Below, piece by piece: positions 43,085-54,604 of a stretch of 64,000 bases of DNA; positions within the stretch are counted from its first letter, which is position 1; the number at the start of each line of letters is the position of its first letter. Below the pieces are notes generated by a model. The model saw nothing but the letters and a program-made list of their open reading frames with translations. It ran no database searches and had not been told where the DNA came from. Position numbers and translations under genes: made by a program. The stretch covers positions 40,516 to 104,515 of the forward strand of contig DF237263.1 of NCBI GenBank assembly GCA_000708835.1, read 5' to 3'. Origin of the DNA: Klebsormidium nitens. Its lineage: Eukaryota; Plantae; Klebsormidiophyceae.

Positions 43085-46000
43085 TCAAACAGCTATCTTT
43101 TGCAACGTGTACCCAGTATTACTGGACCGCTGGTTGCGATGCCTGTGGTGACTGTCGCCAGAGTCATGCTGGACCGCCGGATACCCGGCTGGGGGCGGGA
43201 ACTCTTCAACGGGCATGGCGAAGGGCTTTAGCATCACCTCCAGCTGCTCGAGGCTCAGATAAGTGCCCACGTTTTGGAGGGGCTCCCGGGGAAGGATCGG
43301 GAGAACATGGTCGCGGCCCCGAGGGGTCACCTGCGCGGCAGGTGAAGACTTGGATTGAAAAGTTGATATAGTGAACGAAGGAAAGAATCCGGCGAAAGAA
43401 AGACTTTGCTCGAGCCGTTTCAAATGACGCACCTGAAGTGCTTGACAAGTCCTGACTATCTGGCTTCACGAGCAAAAACTGATGAGCCGGTTTTGGACCG
43501 CTGCGAATAGGCAGAGACTAATGCACACAATTGGGTCCAGTGTGTGCTCGCCTACCGCTAAAACATTGATTTACATGGATCCGCATAGACTGCATGCGGA
43601 AACCTTAGAGGGGCAAGCGCTGCAACTGTGGCGCTGCAACTGTGTCCGTGCTCACCTCCAGAGGGCTCAGTGCGGCTCCGCTGCTGTACTGCAGATCGAC
43701 TCGGAACCGCTTCGTATCGTTGATCGGCACCTGTCGAAGGCAAAAGCTCGTATCGGCGGGTTCTTGAGCGGCAAAGATGTCGAGCCAAAGACCTTACACG
43801 AGATAGTCTATGCTGCTGCTCTCTTACTGAGCTGTCTGCCACTGTCAAAGTTCTGGAACTTTCTCAACCGGTAAGAATGAAAGCCTATTCATTTGAGTAC
43901 ACAGCACAACAAACAGCCTCCCAGGTGAGATCTCATCACCCATACCATGCGTGACTACGAAGTTTTGGCAGGTAATAGAAGATGCATAACAGCAGCTTTT
44001 CAGTGCTTTTTACTGAAAAGGTGGGCCGAACGAAGCGGTGGGGGAACCTGAGTGCAAAGACCCGCAATCTGCAAACTCAATATGCCTTACCTCCGTGTTT
44101 TCATAGAGCCGCAGCACAATGTGCGTCAAGTAGTCCAGCTCCTTCGTCTCGTATAACCTATGCAGCGCCTCATCTGAGATGAGCGGCTCCTGCCCCGCCA
44201 GCTTCTCGTCCAGGTGGCAGTAGCGCAGCACATTGATCAGCGAGTGGATGTGAGACTCCGACGTGAAGTAGAGCCGCGTGCGCACGTGCCGCTGCGGGGT
44301 CTTCACGTTGGCGTACCTGGAAGTGACACGTGGCAGCGGGTCAGGAAGCGTGCAGGGACCAAGTAAATAGGGATTTTCGGAAGGCGTCAGTTTCGGGGCC
44401 TTAGTGAAGATTGAGGAAAAAAAGACGGATGGAACGGAGGGACAATATACTTGATGCGGTGGGCTCATTCGGTTGACAACCACAGAAGGAAAAGCGGAGC
44501 GCTAAAGTCTCAACACTTGTACGGTTCTGTAATTCTCAAATGCGGAGCGCCACGGTTGCGAGACAAAGGCTTTTCTTAGAACTGACAGAACATGGAACGG
44601 GAAGAATAGGTTGGACGCTCTCAAAAATGCAGGCGGAGTCTGGTCTGCTTCCGCCAAGGCTAATCCTGATTGATTGGACGCGTCTCTTTGCAGCACAGTT
44701 CCAGAGAGCAGGCAAGCAAAGTAGGGAAAGGCTTGCAAGCGCTCACTTGGGGTTCAGTCGGTACGACGCCTCCTCTGCGCGCCCCTCGCTCTTTGCCGAC
44801 GGGCTGTCCGGCTCGTCGTCCAGCTTCTCCACCCGGTCGCTAACCCGGTCGCTAACCCTCTCGCTAACCCGCCGGTTATCCCCCACCTCCAACCTCCCCA
44901 AGTTCATTGCCACCAATTCTGCCTCGGTAGGCGGCCCTGAGGCGCTCTCCCCGACCATAATGCTCGGCGTACTCGACCGGGGGGTTCCCGGAGCCTCCGC
45001 TTGGCCCGGGGGGATCCCCCCGGGGACTTCCACCGGCAACGGCGCTTTCCCGGGCGCTTTCACGGGCGACGGCGCGGCCAGGGGGATCCCCCCGGCCACT
45101 TCCAGGGGCGACGGCGCGCCCGGGAGGCTCGCCCCGGCGGCCGCCGAGCTGGACTCGCTGGGCGCGAGGCTGACCATGCTTGCTGACGTGTCGGCGTTCC
45201 CGAGGCGCGCGGTAGAGGCCTCGGAGGTTGCAAGAGACGAGAGTTTGGCGGTGCTGCTGACGGGGCGCCAGGGCGCCTTGTTGGCGGGCTTCCAGTGGCC
45301 GCTCGGTTCGCTGGTCAGCTTCGCGACGCTCAGGGTCTCCTCCCGCGTGTTCCAGAAGTCGATCAGAATCTTGCCCACCAGCCGCCGGCAGATCTGCAGG
45401 CGAGTGGGAACAGAGGTGAGTCTGCGCGCTTGCCCTTCGCCTCCCCTCTCTTTTCTGTCTACTTTTTTTGCCTCAAACCCACCTAATGTTTGTTGGGAAA
45501 TTGCCGTCGGGGCGAGAGAAAAAGCGGCCCTGGAATCCTGAACCCATATCGAATTCCCCCAAAAACCAATACTTGAATGAGCCAGCCGCGAGAGCCTGAT
45601 TCATCTTTTTGCACTCATCAACAAGGAAATTCCCCGTGCCACTGAGACAAAGGCTCAACGTAACCACTTCCGACCAGCTTGTCTTACTGCCGTTCAACTG
45701 CATTTCAGAGCTTTCATCTCTCTGGTAACAGCTTGACTGCTTTGAGAGGAAGGGAAAGCCCACCTTGGATCCAATTCGGAGCTTATGCACGGGGTTGATG
45801 CCGTATTCGTTGGGGATGACGCCGTCCGCGAGCGCCTTGGCGACCGAGAAAATCTCGTCCAGGCCAACCAGGTTTAGGTGCGGGTTGTGCAGCAGATCGT
45901 ACCTGGAGGAGTGGAGACAGGCAGTTGGGATTACGAAGAGCTTACGATGAGTTGAGAGTGGTCGAGCGAAGAAGCGTCTTATGTTCAGGTAGACTGGGAT

Positions 46001-49000
46001 TATAGTTGAGATGAGGGCGAATCGCGCCAGGGGGCAGCAAGAGGGCCGTATTGCAGTCGAGAGAACAAAGTAGGAAGAAGAGGGGGACGATGCGAAGGTT
46101 AAGGTGCGGGTTACGAAGCAGGTCGTCCCTAGAGAAAGTGTGACGGCAAAAAGATAGCGAAATAGAAAGGACAAGAGAACAGGGGGAAAGGAATTATCCA
46201 CCAGCGAGTTCTATGGAGTGAACACAGAAATGCAGGAGGAACGATACGATGAACGGGGATGGAAATGAGCAGGCACATATTGAATTACGGAGCAAACGAC
46301 AAGCGGCAGCGGGGAGAACCAAGGAACGGAAAAGGAAAAAAAATGAACTGGGCGACGTGTCCACAACTTCTGCGGTTGCGATAAAATAAGCACAGTGGGA
46401 CCGATGCTTGCACCTCGGGCAGTGCGTTACAGAGCTGTTCTCGGCAAGATTGGCAAAGACCAAGATACTTCACAAAACTTGAGAAGCAAAGGAACCGAAA
46501 TGAGAAAGGCAGAACCTCGCACACTGTCGACAGCCAGGAATCCCGTTGTTTAAACCCTTTTTAGCGGCTCAGATTCATGAAAACTCAGGGCTTCGGAGTT
46601 ACTCACTTGGCACAGTCGTAGATGTCCGGGATCTTGCTGATGTCGTACTTGTTCTTGCGCTCGTTGTACATGTCCCGCTCTAGTTTCTTCCAGCGCGCGA
46701 ACATGAGCAGGAAATTTTCGGACCCGCACGGCAGCCCCGCTTCCACTCGGTCCTGGTCCAGATCGGCCTTCCCTAGGGCACGTGCCTCCAAGCTGACGTA
46801 ACACGCTGCGTCTTCGCTGCCGCTCGTCGAACCGGCTGCGTAGTCCTCTTCTTTGCAGAGCTCTTTTATCTGGGCGGTCAGGAGCTTGGTCAGTTGCACC
46901 TGGAAAAGGAAGAGCGGCCTGATGAGCGTCGTCCAGATTGGAAACAATCCGGTTTGACTGTGTGTAATAGACCTTGTCTTAGTCAAAAATCAAGGGACGT
47001 CCGCTCATTAGCTAGCTGGGCTCCACTTCCCTCGATTGACGCTTTCTGAGAGACCACCGGCGCGGGATGGTTAGACGCACCTTCAAGCCAGATGTATATT
47101 GCTCGGATCAAAACGCACCCTCTGACTGATTCGAAGCTTTTCAATCAACCGAAGCCCGAAAACGCAATTCGAAAATGGACTGCACACATAAGACGTCGAT
47201 CCTGAGTGCCGCTTCACCTCTCTCTGCTTTAACCTTAAATCGCTCAGGCCAAGTGTCTCTACTTCATGGAGACCACTTGGTTCCCTCACTGGGCGCTGGA
47301 GCAGTTACAGCAGGTTATTTGAAAACCCCGCCGTTGACGAACCAGTTGAAGCCACGTGTCTCGATAATGAAGAGCCCACATGTCCTGATCACCAGGCGCT
47401 GCAGCAGACGCAGCGGGTTCTCGGGATCCCCTGCCGTCGACCAACCAATTGAATCCACGTGATTCAAATCTCAAAAACCCACGTATTCCCGACTCACCAG
47501 GCGCTGCAGCAGCCGCAACGGGTTCTCGGGGATCCCCCCGCCGTCGACCATCCAGGGCGAGGCCGGTTCCTCCGGCTTCTCGGGCCCCCGATTGTTGCTG
47601 TACGCCTCGAACAGAAACTTCTTGCTCGTCTCCATCGCCTTGTCCGCGCCGGGATCTACGATGTCCAGCATTGCCGCGTCGCGACTTACGAGACTTACCT
47701 GGAAACGGGAGAATGTGTTTCAGAGTTATGGCGTGTTAAGACCTACTGTAGGGTTTGTACAGTTTTGCTGTATGCCTCAAGCTTCTTGCTCGTATCTACA
47801 CTTTGGATTGCATCGGGGTCCAAGATGCCTGACATTGCAGCGTCACGACCAACTAAGCTCACCTGGGCAAACGAAAGCGGTTCAATGTCGTGGCTTCAGA
47901 ATTTTCGAGGTATTAGGGTCTGTGCTGAGCGCCTAACAGATAAATTGTGCTCGTCTCCATCTTCGTGTCTGCGCATGAGTCTACAATGTCCAGTATGACA
48001 GCGTCGTAGCTCACTAAGCTCACCCTGGAGAATTTAGGGTTGGATACCTTTTCGAGCTTTCCGGACTCTTAAGGACGTCTCGGCAAGCACTTTTTTGGGT
48101 CTTGCACGTCGGGTCGAGGACAAGGTCCTAGATCGTGGCTCGCAGGCACAAGAGTCTAACTTCAGCGTCCAGAAAGACATTGCATCTTGCTGCTGCAGAT
48201 GAAAGGAAACCCCTGAAAGATCGTTTGACACCCGCGATCTGCCGCCGTAACCCTCGGCGGCTATTTCAAAACCTTTCGCTGCCCCCGTCTTTCAAAAGCC
48301 CCGGCAACCTTTGCAGAGCCGTCGCACTGCATCTCTACACTGCAGCAGCCTACACCAGCCGCCACGTGTCTCACCAGGATTGGCGTGAGCTGCCCCTCCA
48401 GGTCCAGCAGCCCCTTGGTGAATGCAGCTGCGGACATTTGGACGCGACCCTCGTCCGACGTATAAATCTTGAGGTCGTGACGGTACGTACTGTGTAGCCG
48501 CAGCAGTCCGGTCCCCTCGCCTGTGAGAAGAAACGATGGGATGTGTAAATAACGGCCTTGGATCCGCTCCGTTGGGGTGTGCTAGAATGATGCACGAAAA
48601 CTTCGTCAAATCTGCTCGCTTCACCAGCTTACGTCAATCACCAGAAGTCGTGTCATCTGATGACATATCCTCAGCCATCTGACGGCACCGCATTCATAAA
48701 AGGGATCAGGCAGCCGGATCTGGCGGCATCTTGGATGTCAAAATCTACCGTGCTATCTTTGAAGAAAACCAGAGCCCTCCGTGTCTCTCCGATTCCTGGG
48801 CTCAACAAACCTACCTTCGACCTTCACTACTTTCCCTTTTCCCCAATTCGCCCTACCTCTGACATGCCCGATATCGACATGGAGTGACAGAGAAGAGTAG
48901 ATAAAGGACAGCAACCCCTTGCTAGAGAGAAATATTCCCCGGCCCGACGGAGATAAACGAAAGCTCAAAAGCGCCAAAAGTGTCAAAGCAACAGCAAAAG

Positions 49001-52000
49001 CAACAGCAGCTCACCCGGGTACATGTTGTTTCGGAAGTCCTTCCCCAGGCTTTCGGCCTGCTGCCGCCCCGCGTGCGTGAGCACTCCCCCGTACTTCAAA
49101 ATCAGCAGCGCTTCCGTGACCCGCTCCACCGTCTCCCCCTTGTCGTTCACCTCCGTCGCCCACTTCAGCGGCTTCAACTGGACCTTGCGGTAGATCCCCG
49201 AGAAGTGGCCCCCCTGAAGAGGAAATGTGACTTTCTTTGGGTTAATATCATTGAGAGCGTCGCTTCTCTATTATAGCATATAGCTACAGTGGCCCCCTGG
49301 AAGAAGAGCGTGTTTGTTTGGGGTGACGTTAAAGGGCTACTTTTCGTCTCGAGTTTGGGAAAGCTGCGGCGCCCTTCAGAGACAGAGCGCACGGAAGAGG
49401 GTTGGCTGCACTCAGCACTCAAGCGGTACTGCGACCGGCGTCGAGCCGGTTCCAAGTACAAGAGCTAAGGCACGGGTTTGCCAACGGTCCAATAAACCCA
49501 AGAATGACACCAGGAATCTTCTGATGAAGCCGCAGGCACACGGAGAGGAAGTTCGAAGGCCCTCAAGCGCTCCCGCGATCGTTCTGAGGTGATTGTCTGT
49601 ACAAAAAGTTATCAAAACTCGGATCCAAAAAGCAAGGGCCTGAGATAAGAGACATAAGAGAACCGGGGGACGATCCACGCACCTCTTCCAGGACCGCCTT
49701 GACGTGGCGCAGCTTCTCGGCGTGCTCGATGTCCTCCGCCTCGCTGTCACTCTCGCGCCCGGTGCGCATGCGCGGAATCAGTTGCCGGCACGCGTCCAGC
49801 AGGTCCTGCAGCTGCACCGCGCTCTTCAGCTTGGCCTGCAACCAAACGGGACGTAGTTAGAAGCGTCAAAAGAAAAGATACAAACTGCGTAGCTTTGAAA
49901 GAAGACCCAACATGCGGCCTACACGACCAACAGTCGGCCTAAACAAGTGAATCAACCATGAGGTGGTCGGCCCAACAGGACAGCAGGAGGTGTGTAAGTT
50001 CTGCGAGTAAGCAAGACAGTGAAACACTAAGTGTGTAAGTTTGACCGCCTAGAACTCCAGACCGTCCACTTTGCCCCCAATCGGACCGATCCTTTCACCG
50101 TTTTGAACTCCGTTTCTCCAGAACGACTTCGTAACATTCATATTTTGAAGGTTGACCATACATTGAAGCAGTCGTAGTGCGCCGGTGTTTCAGAGCGCAG
50201 GCTACCCGTCCCTCACCTCCTCCCGTGGCCGGTCCCCGTTGTACTTGAGCATCAGGTTCAGCAGCCGCTCGCTGTGGATCTTGAGCTTCACTTTCTGCTT
50301 GGGCGTCCGGTCCCCGTGCCGGATCACCGCAATCACGCACCGCAGCTCCTCCGTACGTCCGAACGTGCTCGGGCCGTAGCTTCCATGGCGCTCGATCGTG
50401 GGCGACGCGTTGCCTTTTGACTTCCACGGGAGGGTGGGCGGGAGGGAGATGTCTTGGAAAGGCGCGGCGGCGGCGATGAACATGCAGCGCAGGACGCACG
50501 CAGTGTCGTCGTAGTACCTGTACACGAGAGGGTTGAGAAGAGTTCCTGGGCGCGTGTCTATGAAACTGGTGTGAGCTGCGGCGGATCAGATGATGGAAAA
50601 TAGGGCGTAAGGTGGATACATTCCAGAGAAGAGCACGTAAAAGCTCGCTCACTGTCCTCTGTTTTCGAGGACAGCTTTTGAGCAAAACAAGGACACTGGT
50701 CAATCTGACAGACCAGCAAACAATTATCTCTTTTTCGGCAACCTCTTGTGTCGGATCGGAGCTTGTCAGACCGTTGTCGGCCCTGACAGGGCTATGCGGG
50801 GTCAAAGGATGCGCAGCATTTTGAAAGGCCTTACCCCTCCTGAGTGCATACGAATGCGCGCAAGAGCTAGCTATTTGGTAAAAACGTAGGTCCGTCATAC
50901 ACCAACGGATCCGCAATACTAGTCATAGATGCTGAGCCAAGAAAGTAGCGATTGAAGCGTCAGCACTATTCGACAGGCAGTTCAGCGCCCACTACGCAGA
51001 TGTTCGTCGACACCGTCGCTTGAGTTCGTCTTTTGAGAAGTTCCGCGCGCTTACTTGTACGAGTTCTTGACAAAGCTCCAGCCGTTGACGTCACAGACGT
51101 AAGAGCGGCCGTTCGAGCGGAGGAGGTCGAAGCCGCAGACTGCCTGCCCGAACATGGTGCACACGTCGTGGGCGATGCTCTTCTCCTCAGGGCTCAGCAA
51201 CACCGGGAACCGAACCTGGAAAAATATGGGAGTTCGAGTTTACGGTGAAACTAGACTGCGGTACCTGACAGAGGAGGTAAGCACGCAGCCGTAATCCAGC
51301 TTCAAGTAGTATCCCTTGGCAGGCAAGAGAGATTGTCTGCAGTTCAAACCTATCAGCGTACATAGTGTCCAACGAAGACCGTAGCTTCGTCACAGATAAG
51401 AAACGAGTCCGTTGGCCCCCGTTCCAGCAACAAGTCCAGCCAACTCAAGACTGTCGAGTTGCTCTCGTGCTCCGAAGTGCAGAGCCAACGCATGCTCTCC
51501 ACGAGTACCGAAGTAACCTATCAGCAACAATCACAATGTCACAGACACTTTCCCGGACGTTTTCAATATACATTTTGTTAATCTCGACAACCCACCTCCT
51601 TTCCGTCGCTGCTCCGCTGCACCACTCCATCGACCACTGGCGACTTGCGCGCCTCTGCGTGCGCATAATCCGGCCCGACGGTGTACACTTTGACGTCCGT
51701 ACCGCCTGTCGGCATGAACTCCTCGTATAAATAGGACCCGTCGCGCCGCACCCGCCGAATCTCGGGGTGGAACTCGCTGGCCCGGTTGCCGACCTGGATG
51801 ACGAGATCTTCGTTTTGATTTTCGGTTCAGATTTGTACTCATCCTAGTTTATGTGCGATCGTACGTCCCCTTTGCGGGAAGGGTAAAATGGGCGTGTGCA
51901 GGGCAGGTAGCCGCGGCCCTTCAAAAGCGACGACCCCGATACTCGAGCTTCGATGCAGCAGAACGATCTCTGAATCCAACGCGACAGGTACCCCTTATTG

Positions 52001-54066
52001 GTGGCCCGTGCCTTAGCATTGAAAGGATAAGGCTTGGATCTTTGCACGAAAGCGGGAAAAAACATCATGGCTTCTGCTTTGATTGCACAGAAGGCCCTCT
52101 TCTGCAACGAGCAGATTGGAAAATTTGCAGAAAAAGAAATTCAGGCGGATCTGTTCGAGCAGCCTCACGACCAAGGAAAACGGTGTACAATACAAGCAGC
52201 GGGTGTCTCTCAAAAGATTTCAGGCGATGTGCAGAGATTTAATCGAGTCTGTGATGATCTTTGCATTCTTCTAACTGCAATCGGTAAGGTAAGGGACCGA
52301 AACGGTATCACCTTTCGAAACAGCTCTTTCATCCCGCCCCCAGCCGTGCTAGGATAGTAGATCATGACGCTGTGATCGTCTCCTGCAAAATTAGACAAAG
52401 CAGCGTCAGAAAGCTTATGCATGATCCTCAAGTCTATTTCCTGCCAGTTCTAGATTCAGGATATGCAGGCCCAGCTCAACCACATCGACCCAGCCGATCA
52501 TGCAAGCCGTTTCACATCACACCGGACTTGCTTTAGTAGACACAATCAGTTCACAAAGCTGAGAACAAACATGCCCGATGATTCGCGGAGGTGCCAAAAT
52601 CACGAACGTTTCTGCAAGATAGCGAAGCTCGGGAAGAAAGCTTTCACCCACCATCAACAGGCTTCTCCACAAACGGCTTGTGTACTCGTTTGCCCTTCAG
52701 CTCGATCCAATCCTCGTCCTCAACAAACGACTCCACGTCCTCATTGGGCTGGTCCCGGTTAACAACGACGTAGTTCGGCACAGCAATTCCATACTCCTCC
52801 AGTTTGGCATATACCTGACGAGCAGCCACAGGGATAGTTAAGGAGGGCGTCTAATTTCAAGGTACACTCGTGCATCTGAGTTTTGATGAGTTATCTCATC
52901 TGACGGCCCAGATCTTACTAATGCCAACCAAGCTGGCCCCGATGGGTGGTACTTTCGCCTGAGGTAGGATCGGTCCTCCGACTTCTAGTAGTGTCAAGCT
53001 CTGCTCATGCAACGCCTAGTCAAATGAAGTCTGGACTTTATTTCAACATGCCTTCCGACAGACAGCTTATAGCAGCCACATATAGTAACCAAACAATGCT
53101 GCAAGCTTCACAGGACCCTTCCTGAAAGGTCACTCAGGCAGAACTTATTGCTTTGGCAAAGAAAGGTTCTTTCAATTGATAAGTTAGTTCTCTTTTGACC
53201 TGAGTGTTCTTCAACCAGTGAGAGGGCAAACCCCTGCCTTTGTCATTGGTGACAAAGGCACAGACTGTTCTGCCTAGCTAAACTTCGCAGCAGGTCGTTT
53301 GTGAAACCTTGGCAAGGTCTTCTTCTGAAAGCAAGCCAGCACATCATTTCCCATCAAGTCCTGCCTGTGTATGCAAGGAAACCCGCTCCGGTGTTTCAGC
53401 ATAAAAACCGTTTGCGCCTCAATCTTCTTCCTGCTCACCTTCCTGCGATCGTGCAGGAGATACTGTGACTCCAACTCATTGACCAGGAATGGCTTCCGCA
53501 GCTTGGCATACTTGATGACCTTGTCGAGCGGATAGCCTTTTGAGTAGAAGGCAATCAAGCACTCCACTACAGGCCACTTCTCGATTGGCTGGTTCAGGAT
53601 GGTGTCATCGCCAAACATACTGATGTCAAACTCCCCAAATGCTTTCAACCGATCCAAAATCTGCAGCATTTCACAGGGATCAATGTCGGTCAATTCATGG
53701 ATCACAGAAAGCAGTGTTGCCATGTGGGGCAAAAAAATGCATTTTGCAAATGAGCATTGCCACAATTCTGATTGAAAGAGTGGAAGCTTTCTGCTCCTTG
53801 CACCATCAGAACTTTCAAAGCACACGATATTCAGCATCAAGGGTTTCTTCCCAGACGTTAAATGTAAGATGTGTAGATTTGCTTGTGTAACTGACCTGCG
53901 TCATTGGTGGTGAGAGAGCTTTCTTCTCCAGCACACAAATCCCAACGGTAATCTTCTTGTTGTTCTCCTCATCCTCGCTGTGGTGTCCATCCTTGGAAGT
54001 CTTCACATGCTTCAGACCTCGCCCCAGCTTCATTGCCGAGCGCTTGATCATGTCTATGAACTCCAT
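43085..54066 (-). CDS. VIP1: Inositol hexakisphosphate / diphosphoinositol-pentakisphosphate kinase (PPIP5K/VIP1/VIH): ATP-grasp kinase plus histidine acid phosphatase domain, ~1203 aa
   Basis: 17 exons: 53896-54066, 53439-53660, 52652-52814, 52312-52382, 51596-51793, 51055-51215, 50217-50517, 49683-49835, 49015-49213, 48375-48520, 47498-47698, 46607-46899, 45764-45902, 44747-45393, 44091-44316, 43656-43730, 43085-43330 (3612 nt). Motifs: [81 protein letters not shown]. Confidence 0.96.
47289..47455 (-). repeat. Two intronic copies of the 3' end and donor of PPIP5K exon 47498-47698
   Basis: Plus-strand cac|caggcgctgcagcag..gggttctc..gatcccc..gccgtcgacca at 47495 (real), 47390 and, more decayed, 47287. 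Confidence 0.88.
47764..48027 (-). repeat. Two intronic copies of the acceptor and 5' part of PPIP5K exon 47498-47698
   Basis: Copy from 47862 reads [33 protein letters not shown] and copy from ~48023 reads [25 protein letters not shown], vs the real exon [35 protein letters not shown]. Confidence 0.88.
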
Positions 54067-54604
54067 CTTGCTCCTCAAAACTGGTCCCCCAGAACCAGCT
54101 ACGCACTATTTTAACGCAGAAACCCGCACAGTAACCAAGGGGCCAACAAGGAGTGTTCGACCAGTCAGCTCACGACATTCTCTTCTCAGCAGATGAAGGG
54201 AAAGGGGGATATCAAGGAGAAGCACCATGAACAGCTCTAGGCGGCTCTAGCTACTACTACTAGGAGACGAGCTGCACAAGTCATGAGCGCCAGCTGAAGT
54301 TCTGCCTTCATGCAAGAGATCTGTTTAGAGTAAACCCTAAAACTTTGAAATTGCCTCTTCGTGCCTTGACCCTTGAGGATTGAACTCTTCTTGAGTCTCA
54401 TGAGGAGTACGTGACGAGCTCCGGCTTTTACCTGACATCAGGCACAAGGCGGAGGAAGACGCACAAAAAGGATAGAGTTGATGTTTGCTGTTTGTTCTGA
54501 GAGCATCTAGTGCTCAGGTTTTTGTACAGCATCACTGCCTAAGTCGGGGGCTACTTTGCTGTGGCGCTGCAAAAGGGTTTGTCTAACCCTTGCAGATTGC
54601 CACC
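54067..54604. promoter_or_regulatory. Putative bidirectional promoter between PPIP5K and lipoyl synthase with a telo-box
   Basis: Divergent ATGs ~540 bp apart; AAACCCTAAA at 54332-54341. Confidence 0.55.

Noticed and set aside
49289-49310. Additional faint junction echoes (49289-49310; also ~45560-45600, ~51420-51480, ~56830-56850)
   Set aside because: Similarity to the neighbouring exon ends is too short or weak to distinguish from chance by eye; not counted.
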